64,000 bases of DNA from Hydrurus foetidus (lineage: Eukaryota): positions 62,001-126,000 of the forward strand of contig UYFQ01000852.1 of assembly GCA_900617105.1 (NCBI GenBank), given 5' to 3'. Shown one piece after another: positions 1 to 11,901 of the stretch (positions are counted from its first letter, which is position 1; each line of letters opens with the position of its first letter). Both the position numbers and the translations under genes were made by a program. Below the pieces are notes generated by a model. That model saw only the letters and a program-made list of their open reading frames with translations. It ran no database searches and had not been told where the DNA came from.

Positions 1-3000
1 CCCTGGTGGAGTCCGGGCCGATGGTCTCGGTCGCTCTGCCGGCGCCGACCTACCGCCCGGTGCTGCCGCCCGCCGTGAGCCGCGACGGTCTCCTCGGAGG
101 CGCAGATCGAGACGGTCATCTACGCCGGGGAAGCGCATGCGGGCCTTTTGCCGCCTGGTGGCTTGCGACCGAGGCCGCGCACCAGCTGACGCTTTCGTCC
201 GAGGACCGTCACGGCGCTTCCAGCTTCGCCGCGGATTCTTCCTCGGCGACGGTACGGGCTGCGGCAAGGGCGTGAGATCGCCGCCGTCATCGCCGACAAC
301 ATGGCCAAGGGCCGACCTGGCGGTGTGGATAACCAGGAACGACGCCCTTCTCGAGGACGCCCGGCGGGACTGGAGCGCGATCGGCGGCTTCACGACATCG
401 TTCCCCTGAACAGCTGGAAGCTGGGCGAGGGCGTCCGGCTCGATCGCGGCATTCTGTTCACCACCTATGCGACGCTGCGCCAGCCGGCCCGAGCGGCGCG
501 GATGTCGCGGCTCGACCAGATCGTCGCCTGGCTCGGCGAGGACTTCGATGGCGTCATCGCTTTCGACGAGGCGCACGCCATGGCCAACGCCGCCGGCGGC
601 GGCAAGGGCTCGTGGTCCAGGAAGGCCTCGCTTCAAGGGATGGCGGGCCTGGCGTTGCAGAACCGGTTGCCGAACGCTCGCGTCCTCTATGTCTCGGCCA
701 CCGGCGCCACCACAGCGGAGAACCTGGCCTACGCCGCGCGTCTCGGACTGTGGGCGGGCCGAGGCTTCGTCTCCCGCGACGACTTCCTCGACGCCATGGA
801 CAAGGGCGGGTCGCGGCCATGGAGCTGGTCGCGCGCGAGCTCAAGGCGCTCGGTCTCTATGTGGCTCGCAGCCTGTCGTTCGAAGGCGTCGAATACGATC
901 CGCTCCGGCACGACCTCACGGCCGACGACGTCGCGATCTGGGACGCCTGGGCTGACGCCTTCCAGATGATCCACGCCAATCTGGCCGAGGCGTTGAAGGC
1001 GACCGGCGTCAACGATGAGGAGGGCAGGCCGAAGAGCGGCCTGGCCGCGTCCGCCATTCACTCCGCCTTCGAGGGCCAAGCTCAGGTTCTTCGGCCATCT
1101 TCTGGCCGGGCTGAAGGCCCCCACCCTCGTTGCCTCGATCCGGGACGATCTGGCCAACGACCGGTCGGCGGTCGTGCAGATCGTCTCGACCAACGAGGCG
1201 GTGATGGAGCGCCGACTGGCGTCGATCCCGCCGGAAGAATGGAACAATCTGTCGATTGACCTGACGCCGCGCGAATACGTCCTCGACTACCTGCGCGAGG
1301 CCTTCCCGTGACCCGATGGAGGCGATCGAGGTGACGACGGCGCCGTCACCCTGTTCCCCGTGATGGTGGATGGCCGTCCCGCCGTCAGTCAGGACGCCCT
1401 GCGCCGGCGCGAGGCCCTGATCGAGAGGATGGCCTGCCTGCCCGCCGTTCCCGGCGTCCTCGACGCCATCCTCGACGCCTTCGGGACCGAGGCTGTCGCC
1501 GAGGTGACGGGCGGTCACGGCGCGTCGTGCGTCGCGACGGCAGACGCGTGGTCGAGCGCCGGGCGCTTCGGCGGCTCGGTCGGAGACCGACGCCTTCATG
1601 TCCGGCCGCAAACGGGTGCTGATCTTCTCCGACGCCGGCGGTACGGGTCGGAGCTATCACGCCGACCTCGCGGCTCAGAACCAGCAGCGCCGCGTCCACT
1701 ACCTGGTTGAACCCGGCTGGCGAGCCGACGCCGCCATCCAAGGCCTAGGCCGCAGTCACAGGACCCATCAGGCCTGCCCACCGTTGTTCCGACCGGTGAC
1801 GACCGATATCCATGGCGAGAAGCGCTTCACCTCGACCATCGCCCGGCTTCGACTCGCTGGGCCTGACGCGCGGAGAGCGCCGGACGGCTGGGGCCGGCCT
1901 CTTCCGCGCCGAGGACAATCTCGAGAGCCCTTGGGCCCGGCGCGCCCTGCTTGTCTTCTACGGCGCCTGGCGTTCGGCGAGCTGGCGTGCATGACCCTGG
2001 AGGTGTTCGAGACGAAGACCGGACTGAAACTTCGGGATGCCGACGGCGGTCTGAAGCCCTCCGACGACCTCCCGCCGATCCACACCTTCCTCAACCGTCT
2101 GCTGGCGCTGCGCATCACCGACCAGAACGCCTTGTTCGTCGACTTCGACGGCATTCTGGCCGGCATCCTGGAGCGCCGCTGCCTCGGGTGATCTTGATCG
2201 CGGGCTGGAGGACATCGAGGCCGAGGAGCTCAGCGCTCCACGCCGAAACCATCCGGACGGACCTCTCGACCGCGGCCGAAACGGCCCTCGTGACCTTCTG
2301 CTCAGCTGTGCGCCGCGACATCCTGACCTCCGACGACGCTATCGCCCGGTTTGACGGCGGCCCGTCCGCTTTGTGATGAATGGGCGATCGGGACGCGCGG
2401 CCGTAGCGGAGCTCGGTCTGACCACCACGACGGACGACGACCGGTTGGTCGCCGCTGTGCGGATGGTGAGGCCGGACCAGCACCAGGTGATGAGCGAAAA
2501 GGCGTTCGAGGAGTCCGCCTGGAACGACGCCGAGACCGCGGACTGGCGTCGGCTTTGGGACGCCGAGGTCGAAAGACCGATCCGTGGCGAACCCGGAGCT
2601 CACCCTGGCGACCGGACTGCTCCTGCCGATCTGGGGCGGTTGCCCGCCAAGGGCTGCACCGTCCGACGGGTCCGGGCCCCGGACGGCCGACGCTGGTTCG
2701 GGCGTGTCCTGGACGAGGTCCAGGCGCGCAGTCTGGAAGACCTCGCTCGGGCTGACAGACATCGGCGACGCCTGGTCGGACGGCGCTCGCACCGCCGCGA
2801 CCCTGCTCGATCGGAATGTTCAACTCGCCCTGTCGGGGGCTCTGGCTGAAGCGGTCGCGGGTCATGGATCGCTGGCGCTCTTGAGATCGTGGGCGGCCGC
2901 ACCGACCGCGACGCCCTCGTCGCGCTCGGCTGCTTCGTCGAGATCATCGCCTTCACGCCACGCGTGTTCGCGCCGATCGATCGACCCGAGATCGTCGAAG

Positions 3001-3053
3001 CGGTGCTGCGCCGCCATCCGGTGCAACAAGTCCTCGACGGCGCCGCTGCCTGA
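1..3053 (+). CDS. Strawberry-notch family SF2 helicase/NTPase (5' end outside window, frameshifted)
   Basis: Motifs across frames: RRGFFLGDGTGCGKG, GVIAFDEAHAMANA, VLYVSATGAT, LIFSDAGGTGRSYHAD, QGLGRSHRTHQ; TGA at 3051-3053. Confidence 0.9.
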
Positions 3054-3470
3054 CCCCGCGCTCAGACGGCGGCGGCGGCCGCCGACAGCCACTGACGGAA
3101 GGCCGTGGCGTCCGTCTGAGACCCGAAATGGTAGTTGTCGCCCGTGACGTAGTACCAGCCGGAGCCGGGCCGGGCGTCCAGCCAGGCGATCATTTTCACG
3201 TTTGTCTGCAGCGCGGTCGGCCACGCTGAGGTGGGAGATCGGCTCCTTGGCCCTGGCCCATTCGATCGATGTCAGTCGCTGCATGCGGGTCCAAGACAGC
3301 CGTTCGCGCGTGCTGTCGATGCCCGTCGGCGCTTCTCCACAGGTCGTCGCGGTAGCGTGAAGGGTCGGAGGGCGAAAGGCCCGCCGACCGGGAGGCGGAG
3401 GAAGGGAGGCTCCGGGTGAAGCAGGATCGGGGAGACTGGCTCCTGGCGCTTCGGATCACAAGGAGACGAC

Positions 3471-3820
3471 ATGCAAACCATGGTGTTCACCGGGCGGCTG
3501 GCCGCGGACCCACAGATCAGCGACGACTTCGGCAAGGCGGTGTTTCGTCTGCTCGAACAGCGCGGGACCGACAACGCCGGCAACGCCCGGCTGGTCGGCG
3601 TCAACTGCGTGAGCTGGTCGAAAGGCCTCAATGAAAAGGTCATCGCCCGTGGCATGGCTCCAGGGCTGCGAAGCCCTTGTGGTCGGGGCGTTCATCGACA
3701 CGACCTATACCGCCAGAGACGGATCGGAACGCGCGGCCAAGGAACTGGTCGTCAACCGGCTGACCGTCCTCGACTGCCGAATCCGCGACGCCGACGTCGC
3801 CGACGACCGCCGCCGCCTGA
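3471..3820 (+). CDS. ssb: Single-stranded DNA-binding protein-like (OB fold, no acidic tail)
   Basis: AGGAG RBS; MQTMVFTGRLAADP...GCEALVVGAFIDTTYTARDGSERAAKELVVNRL. Confidence 0.75.
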
Positions 3821-3862
3821 CCGCGGCTCCTCCTCCAACCCATCATTTTCAGGAGACTGACC

Positions 3863-4282
3863 ATGCAAACCCTCACTCTCGAAGGCTATCTGGCCGCCGA
3901 CCCGTCCATCCTGTCCGCCCAGGGTTCGGGCAAGAAGCGCGCGAGCTTCCGCGTTCTTGAGACGACCCGGTTCCGTCGCCAGCGGCGAACCCGGTGAGCG
4001 TACGACCGGCTTCAACTGTGTCCGCTTTCATGAGGCCACGACCGAGAACTACATCCAGCCCTACACCGCAAGGGCAGCGGGCCGTCATCCAGGGCCGTCG
4101 AAAACGACACCTGGAAGGGCAAGGACGGCGTCGAGCATTTCGACCTTCGCCTGATCGTCAGCGATATTCGGGTCAAGAACCGGCGGGACCAGTCGCCGGC
4201 CCACGACCCGTCGCCCGGCGTCTCGGACGGTGGCGGCGAGCCTGCGGGCGGCTACGACCTCAACGACGACATCCCGTTCTAG
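3863..4282 (+). CDS. ssb: Single-stranded DNA-binding protein with acidic C-terminal tip
   Basis: AGGAG RBS; MQTLTLEGYLAADP...WKGKDGVEHFDLRLIVSD...; ends YDLNDDIPF-stop. Confidence 0.85.
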
Positions 4283-4300
4283 ACACCGATCAGGTCGCTT

Positions 4301-4332
4301 GGCCCCGAGGCGCTTCGCGCCCCGGGGCCTTT
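4301..4332 (+). terminator. Probable intrinsic terminator after the ssb pair
   Basis: GGCCCCGAGGCGC-TTC-GCGCCCCGGGGCC followed by TTT. Confidence 0.5.
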
Positions 4333-4441
4333 CAGCGCTGGCGCGCCGGACGATCTGCGAGCGGCGCAGGGCTGGAGGCGAAAGGGGAGAGAGGGCGGAG
4401 CAGGGCGGGTCGATCGGGCTCGCAGCACAAGGAACGCCACC

Positions 4442-4841
4442 ATGTCCGCCTGGAACGAAGACCGGCTCGCTCGTTTGAAGAGCCTCTGGCCGCAAAGGCC
4501 ACAGCGCCGACTGGATCGCCTGCGATCTCGGGGGCGGTTCACCCGCCACGCCGTCCTCGGTCAGGTCAGGCGGCTTGACTGTCCACGGAGACCCTCGCCG
4601 GGAAGGCCGCCGGCCCCGGCAGGCGAAAGTCGTCCCGGTCGCGCCGGCGAGCGGGTCCGCTACTATCCTCAGCGTCCGACGCGCCGACTGCAGGTGGCCC
4701 TATGGCGATCCTGCCGAGCCGACCTTCAGCCTGTGGCTGCCCGGTCGAAAGGGCTTCTGCGCGGCGCACGCCGCGATCGCCTATCGCGGCCCCGTGCCGT
4801 CGATCGAAACGCTCATGGCCTTCGCCGGACGGGTTCCGTGA
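4442..4841 (+). CDS. gcrA: GcrA-family cell-cycle transcriptional regulator
   Basis: N-terminal MSAWNEDRLARLKSLW...TRHAVLGQVRRL; C-terminal CRWPYGDP...FCAAHAAIAY signature. Confidence 0.85.
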
Positions 4842-4913
4842 CGGGTCGGATGAAGACGCGAGCGGAGCCCAATCGAGCCGCCGCCGTCTTGCGTGACATT
4901 AGGCGGGCCTTCT

Positions 4914-4928
4914 GTTCCCTATTTGTTT
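4914..4928 (+). promoter_or_regulatory. Putative alphaproteobacterial LexA (SOS) box
   Basis: GTTC-CCTATTT-GTTT, one mismatch to GTTC-N7-GTTC, 20 nt upstream of the dinB ATG. Confidence 0.6.
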
Positions 4929-4948
4929 CGATTTCTCTGAGTGCGTCC

Positions 4949-6009
4949 ATGACCTCAGCGACCGTTCGCAAGATCATCCATGTCGACATGGACGCCTTCT
5001 ACGCCTCGGTGGAACAGCGGGATGATGCGACGTTGAGAGGCGGCGGTGGCGGTCGGTCACGGCGCAAAGCGGCGTCGTCGCGGCCGCCAGCTACGAGGCG
5101 CGCACGTTCGGCGTTCGGTCGGCGATGCCATCGACCACCGCCTGAGGAAATGCCCTGATCTCGTTTTCGTCCCGCCGCGCTTCGAGATCTACAAGGCCGT
5201 CTCGCGTCAGATCCACGCGATCTTCGCCGACTACACCGGATCTGATCGAACCCTTTGTCGCTGGACGAGGCCTACCTCGATGTGACTCGTTAACCGGCGC
5301 GGCCTGCCGACCGCCACTGACACAGCGCGCGAAATTCGCGCGCGCGCATTCTGATGAGACAGGGCTCACCGCATCCGCCGGAATTTCATACAACAAGTTC
5401 CTCGCCGCTTGCGTCGGACATGAACAAGCCGAACGGCCAGTGCGTAATCGCCCCCGGAAGGGCGAAGCGGTCGTCGAGGACCCGTCCGGTCGGTCGCTTC
5501 CGCGGCGTTGGCCCGGTCACGGCCAGCCATATGAACCGCTGAGCATCCGCACCGGCGCCGATCTCAGGACTCAGTCGCTGGCCTTCCTGGCGCACCATTT
5601 TGGCAAGTCCGGCTCCTGGTATTTCGGCATCCCGAGGCTTGGACGGGCGGCCGGTGAACCCGAACCGCGAACGCAAGTCATCTGGATCGGAAACCACCTT
5701 CGAGACCGACCACACCGCCCCGAACCGATCGAGGCCGGCGTCCTGGCCATGGCCGACGACGTCTGGGCGTGGTGCGAGAAGACAGGGGCCCGCGGGCGCA
5801 CCGTCACCGTCAAGATCCAGCGGGGTGACTTCCAGCAGTCCACAGAACCGATCCGCGGCATCGGCGGTCGGGTCGCGAGAGGCGATCAGGGAGATGAGCC
5901 TGGCGCTCATCCGGTCGGTCTATCCCCAAGAATGGGCATCCGTTTGGTTGGTGTCACCCCGTCGAACTTCCAGGCGACGGCCGAGGCGGTTCAGATGAGC
6001 CTGGCCTGA
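4949..6009 (+). CDS. dinB: DNA polymerase IV (Y family)
   Basis: RKIIHVDMDAFYASVEQRD, AASYEAR, LDEAYLDV, SDMNKPNG, little-finger region IRLVGV. Confidence 0.93.
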
Positions 6010-6288
6010 TCGGCCTATCCTGCTGACGGCGTCGTTCCGTCGCCGTGTCCACCGGCGAGCCGGTATCCCGACCGTATCGGCGCGACGGCTGAACGGGTCG
6101 TCGTCGCGAAGGGCGACGACGACTACAACGCCACTCCGCCTCCGATTTTGTCACAGCACCCCGGTCAACGGCTTCGCCTTATTCCTCCACGGAGGCAAGC
6201 CCTCCGCTCCGGTGACTGCCGGGGACCACGCTGTGGCTAAAACCGGGTCGTTGCGCATAGGGCCTCGACATTCTCAAGGAATGTTCCA

Positions 6289-7218
6289 ATGACCCACTTC
6301 AAAACTGCTTCCTCCGCCTTCACCCCGAAGTCCGACTCCGCCTTCGACGACCTGTCGGCTTCGCTCGGCGATCAACGTCCGCATCCTACCGAAGACGCCC
6401 TGGTCCAGCCTCGGGCGCGCTCATGACGGAGCTGGTGGACATGATCTCTCCGACACGGCTCTGGAGGACTACCAGACGATCATCGAAGCTTACTGATCGG
6501 GCCTTCCATCGGCGGCCGGACGGATCGAGCGCGATGCGGACCAGCGCGCACACGATGCGATCGCTCGACCGGGACTTCGACGGATCGGGCGGCCGACACC
6601 GAGCTTCAGGAAGCCGCCAAGGCGAGGGCGGGCGATGCGGCGACGCAGGCCTGCGAACTGATCCGGGATGCGGCCTCCGAAACATGGGACGGTCGCGACC
6701 GGGGAGGTCTGGACGGCCTGGCGAGGATCACGGCGCGGAACTATCTGACGGCGGCTCAGCTCGAAGCCAAACAGGCGATCCGGGCGATCCGCAATCGGAA
6801 AGTCCGGAGAGGCGGATCCGGCGGTCCGGTGGTCGCCTTCCGGGCGCGCCGACCGCCGACAGTTCGGAGGACGCGGGGCGGATCTTCGACGCCCTGAACT
6901 GGGCGAAGCAGGAATGGCGGACATGGCTCTGGCGACGACCGGGGCGAAGGGCTCGAAACTCGCGATCAAATGGCCCAGCAGAAGGGGGTGAAGCTGATCC
7001 TCGCCCGCGCGGACTTCGACACCCATGGAAGGCTGCTCCCTTCCGGGCGAACGACGAACTGATCGCGCCTTGAACCGGAGGTCTGCCTCACCCTCGTCCA
7101 CTCAGTGGACCGGGCGCGGGCGGAGAGGGACGGCCGTTCGGACCGCGCTCAACCTGGGACGAAGGCGATGGAGAACGGGATGCGGCACATGTCCATCAAG
7201 GCGCGCGCGGCAGATTGA
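6289..7218 (+). CDS. DUF2493-like (YspA/SLOG-related) conjugative-element protein
   Basis: Stitched RPHPTEDAL...DMIS..LEDYQTII...KAAPFRANDELIA; family recognised from memory and context. Confidence 0.55.
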
Positions 7219-7236
7219 ATGAGACTGATACCAACG

Positions 7237-7268
7237 ACCCGCCTGGCTTCGGCCAGGCGGGTTTTATT
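7237..7268 (+). terminator. Rho-independent terminator
   Basis: ACCCGCCTGGC-TTCG-GCCAGGCGGGT followed by TTTATT. Confidence 0.85.
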
Positions 7269-7526
7269 GTCATCCGAGGACATCAGCCAGCGATTCATCG
7301 TCCCCGGCGCGCTCTTTCTCAGGGCGTTGGCGTGTGTTGGCGAGCGCGATCACAGCTGAGAACGGTGGTGCGGGATCGTCAAAAGAGAAGCTTAGGGCAA
7401 GATAAAGAGGGGTTTGGCCTTCTGCTTTTCCCAGCCCCGGCGAATGGTTGCGACACATCCCGGAGACGGCGACGACTTGGCTTGAGTTGGCGACGGTTTC
7501 GGACCACGGAGTCTGTCGGACCGACC

Positions 7527-8830
7527 ATGCGGAGTTCGAACCGCGATCGAAACCCGTCTGACGCAGTCGTCGCCTGGGATGTTTCGAACCTCAGGTCGAC
7601 TTCCAACCCGCCTGAAGTCTGACAAGACCAGCGTGCGGGTGGCCATGTTCCAGCGTCTCGCGGCGTCCCGGCTGTTCGCTTACGGTGACCGGTCGGGTTG
7701 CCTGCGGGCGCAAGAACCGCTCCGGCCGCCCTTTCCGGCTGGACGTTCGTCAGCGCGTCATGGTCAAGGCCTGGTGTCCCGCCACATGGGGAAGGGGTTC
7801 GCCGAGGCGCGGCGCTCGCCGCTCACCTATCTATCTGGGGCGCGTCGGCGCGGGGAGGACGGCGCCAGGCGGAGTTCTTCGGCGCAGCGCGCGACACGGT
7901 TGGACGGTGCTGCGGCCACCGAGGGCTGGGCAAGGACCGGCACCATTTCCGCTTCATCATCAGTCCGGAGCACGGCGACCGGATCGCCGACCTCAAGGCT
8001 ACACCCGTGAGGTCATGGGGCAGGTCGGAGGACCTGGGCGAACCCACCCTGAACTGGATCGCGGTCTGTCATTTCGACACCGCCCCTGCCACCTGTGCTG
8101 GTTCGCGGACGGCGCGCGGACGGCCGGGACCTGGTCATTCCGCGGGACTATATCGGCTATGGGTTCCGGGCCCGGGCCCAGGAAGTCGCCAGGAACGTCT
8201 GGGCGATCTGAGCCGCCAGGACGCGGAACGTCGGATCTGGAGGACGAGGCCGACAGGTTCACCGCATTCGACCGTCGGCTGATGGCGGCCGTCGACGCGG
8301 ATGGGGCGTGGCCGACGGGTCGGCGGTACCGACCGGGACGGCCTGACCCGCGCCTGCGCCATCTCGAACTGCCTCGGCCTGGCCACGCCGGTCGGGCGGC
8401 GGTACCAGCTCGACCCGGATATGGGCCGAAGCTGGGACGTCTTCAGCTCTCAGGGACGTGATCGGACGCTCAACCAGCGGCGGCTGGAAGGCGCGCACTC
8501 AGTCGGCCAGTTGGGCAAGGCCCCGATACGCGGCGTGTCGTCGCATCCGGGTTTCACGATGAGCTGGGCGGCTCCCCGTTCGTGGTAGTGCGTGGCGTCG
8601 ACGGTCGCGAGCACTATGGCCGTCTCGGCCTCGACCGCGCCGCCGAAGCTCGGCAAGGACATTGCGCTCTCTATGGATGCGCGGCTTCGCCCGAATCGTC
8701 CGGGGACGCCAGCCGTGCAGGACCTTGGCCGGACTTGAGGCACCTTCCGCTCACACGGGTTTCGCGCGAGCCCCGGGCTGTGATCGGTCGTCAAGCTAGG
8801 AAAACTATATGCCCAACCTTGATGACCTGA
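7527..8830 (+). CDS. Relaxase, VirD2/MOBP-like (DUF3363-associated), possibly shortened at the C-terminus
   Basis: QRVMVKA, AHLTYL, DRHHFRFIISPEHG, LNWIAVCHFDT, RDLVIPRDYIGYG, VVRGVDGREHY. Confidence 0.85.
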
Positions 8831-8958
8831 CGCGGTTCCACAGCCGGACCGGTCACCATCGCCTGTCGCGAATGACGCTCCTCTGCGGGGACTTTGAGCC
8901 TGCGCTTGTCGAAGGCGCAGGCACATCACGATCGTGAACGAACGCGAGTTTGAATATC

Positions 8959-10176
8959 ATGACCGGTACGCCAGCCGACCTGGGGCATGCGATGCGTGCG
9001 ATGAATCGGGCGCGCGAATCGCTACGACGCGCTGAGCCAGTTCCACCTGCTCCTGGTTGATGAGGCGGGGACGAATGGAACGGCGGCTGTGACGATGCCG
9101 GAGTTCAATGTAAGCCGACGGCTGGAGTCTTCTCGAGCGTGTGACGCCCTCATGGGCGGCAGGGCGGCGGAGAGGCGGATCGAGCAGGGGCGGAAGCTCG
9201 CTTCATCATCCCCGGAATCTGGCGCATCCGCCGTCGCCTGTGGTCCGGACCTGGAGGTCCGGCTTCCGGGAGAAGGTGGGAAGCAGTAAGGACCATCAAT
9301 TCTCGGGTCGCCGGTGAGCTTCCGCTCGACCGGACCACGAACGTGCTCGCGATTTCGGCCCCGTCTACCAGGCATGCCGCTCATTCGCGGAGAACTGGCT
9401 GGGGGAGCCGCTCCGGGTTCTGTTCAGGCAACTGGTCTTCCCTCGCTGGTGGAACGTCGCTTCTCCGACGGGCGGTTGATGCTCAGGTTCGTCAATCACC
9501 GGCCTGGACAAGGACTTTCCGTCTGGCTCGCGATGTCTGGAACCTCCGGATCCGACGACGGAAGACCTGTTCTTCGACCTCTACCGGGACCTGCTGCTGA
9601 CCATGGTGGTCCGCACGAGGTCTGTGGGAAGCAGCCATGCCCGGTCTGCCCTATTTTGAAGAGGTCATTCGGGCGATACGTGGCTCACACGTGGGTCTGG
9701 GCCGCTGACGATGGCCTCAAGCATCGAAGGCATCGCCATTCTCGTACCCGAGAAACCCGTCGCGCGGACGCCGACCCGCAGCGATCCGGGTCCTGATCGA
9801 ACCATCGAACGCGCAGGTGCGGGCCGCAACGTCTGAGACGCAGCTGAGAGCGCCGTAAACTGGGCGGATCAGGTGTCTGTAGTGCGCGGCGGTGATCCGC
9901 CAATCGAGGCGTCGGCACAAGGAGCTCCGGGTCAGGAAAACCTGGAGGCGATTGCACAATCCAGGTGATGCACGGGGAGATGGGTGCCGAACTATTCTGC
10001 GGAAGAAGGATGGCAGTCTATACTCAATGCCGCAGACCTGCTTCGCTCCTGACCCGGAGGCCGCGCGTATCACAACCGACGCTGGAACAGCCGAGCGCGA
10101 GGGATTTCTGACGCTACTAAAGCACTTCATCCCTCAGCGGACTTCAGGAGCGTCGCCGGCAAGAGGGTCAGGATAG
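8959..10176 (+). CDS. Hypothetical protein with a possible C-terminal HEPN-like motif
   Basis: Protein-like text across frames (EDLFFDLYRDLLLTM, LPYFEEVIRAIRGS, MASSIEGIA, TWRRLHN(P)VMHGE). Confidence 0.4.
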
Positions 10177-11901
10177 ATGGCCCGCGGGGCATATGATGAA
10201 CTGCTATCGCGTCCCGAGCGAGGAGATGTGGACGCCGACGTCGTTCCATGGCGCATCGTGATCGACCGCGCGCGAGGGTCCAGTTCAGGCTCGTGACCGC
10301 AACATCGTCCGCGTCCAGAGAATATGAACTTGCCGTGCAGATGCGCTTGCCGACGCACACCAGAAAGCCGAACACCGTTTCCCGCCGCCTCTTCAACCAG
10401 AACACAGGCATAGCGTTTCTTGAGTGGAGCCGGCGGGCATTGTGTAGAAACACCGTCATCGACCTCGACTCGGCAGCCGCCCTCGCTGTACAGATCGCCG
10501 GGACGAGACCGTCGACGAGGCGATGGCAACCGACGGTCAGGCGTCGCTTCGCCGACTCGGCCGCGCGACGCATCCGAACCATCGTGAAGCCGCCGACGAC
10601 CAGTGACGCGTCAGGACCTCCGCGCTCCGGTTCGCGACGAAGGTCGTTGGCCGTGATCGCGAAGTTCGTGGGCAGATCGTCCGCCACGCCCGGCGACCGG
10701 TCATGACCTGAACGTCAGCAGGCATCGGCGACGGCGTGACAATCGCTGAATGACTCGGCTAGCTCGTGGCGGTGAACGGGGTCGAAGCCGGTTGCGAGGA
10801 GCCGACGACGCCATCCAGCCGTCATACTCCGTATCGAGCAGGACGATCTTGGCGTGCGAGCCGGTGGTGTTCATCTGAAGGACGTTGCCCCCAGTTCAGG
10901 GTCGTCACGGACGAGGTCAGCGGATCTTAGAACGACGAGAGCGGTCTTGCGTGGCTTGTCGTCATCCACGTCGAGATCGTCATTGTCGCCCAGAAGGATG
11001 TCGATGCGGACTCCCGCGACGGCAGGCGTCGCGGATCGGCCCGAGGAGGGCCCTGAAGCGCTCAGGTCCAGGAAGTCGAGTGGAGGATCAGCCTGCGGTG
11101 CGCGCCAGAAGATCGCCCAGAGCGTTCTGTGAGCCGCGCCGCCGATGATCACGTCGTCAGGCCCGATGCGGCAGGCGTGGGTCGGCAAGGCCTCGATCGG
11201 CGTCTCCCCGGGGCCATTGCAGGAGACGACGATACTGCGAGTGCCTGCGGGTCGGGCGGCGGCATCCTCCACCAGGCCGCGCAGTCGTGGTCCGACCTTG
11301 TCCGGTGGCCCTGGACCACACCGTCCGCGACCGGGAAGACCATGAACTCGTCCTCCGCACCGCGGCAGCCCCGTGTTGACCCGGCCACCTGCTCGTCCCA
11401 GTTGCGGACGGCGATCCGCTCAGACGGGCCATGTTGGCCTCGAGCAAGACAAAGACGCCGTCGCGTACCTCGATGTACCGCACTTCCCGGCCGGCCGCGC
11501 TTTCCGCCTCGAGCTTGGCGTGGGTCGACCGGCGTACCTGGGAGGCGTGAAGAACTCTCCGGTCGCGAAATCTACGACAGACACCACCTTTCGTGGGGCG
11601 GGTTCCGGGAAGGTCGGCAATGGCGCTCCGGCACTCGTCGATCGGCGACCGAACTCGCTGAGTTGAAACGCCGACGTCGCGCCGACGAGCGCGATCTCGA
11701 CGGACCTGAAGCGCATCAGCCGGGTCACGGATGCGACGACGACCTGAAGGCACGGCCAGTTGGCCGACCAGACCATCGAGCCTCACGGACTGGCGTCCGA
11801 TGGCCAGCAGGATCGCCTCATCAACCATCGACCAGGCGCAGAGACGTTTCGATCGTCACGCGCATCCGTCAGGCCATCGGCACTGCGATGAGGACGCTCA
11901 T
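10130..11901 (-). CDS. PLD-superfamily nuclease with two HKD motifs, Mokosh type I MkoB-like
   Basis: HAKIVLLD...GS..N near 10800-10860 and HGKFI(L)WD..VAVTSLNW near 10280-10345; its ATG overlaps the upstream stop (ATGA). Confidence 0.75.

Larger units (their letters stand above)
1..8830 (+). mobile_element. Backbone of an alphaproteobacterial ICE or conjugative plasmid (continues left of the window); cargo follows the relaxase
   Basis: Co-oriented strawberry-notch helicase, ssb x2, gcrA, dinB, DUF2493-like gene and relaxase, a gene set typical of alphaproteobacterial conjugative elements. No integrase, att site or T4SS genes in the window. Confidence 0.8.

Noticed and set aside
3060..3286. 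Possible small minus-strand protein between the helicase and ssb
   Set aside because: Needs frame stitching and matches no family I recognise
8796..8812. CTAGGAAAACTATATGC resembling the LysR box
   Set aside because: Only the first half matches, the downstream TAT-TG unit is missing, and it lies at the relaxase 3' end outside the redox region
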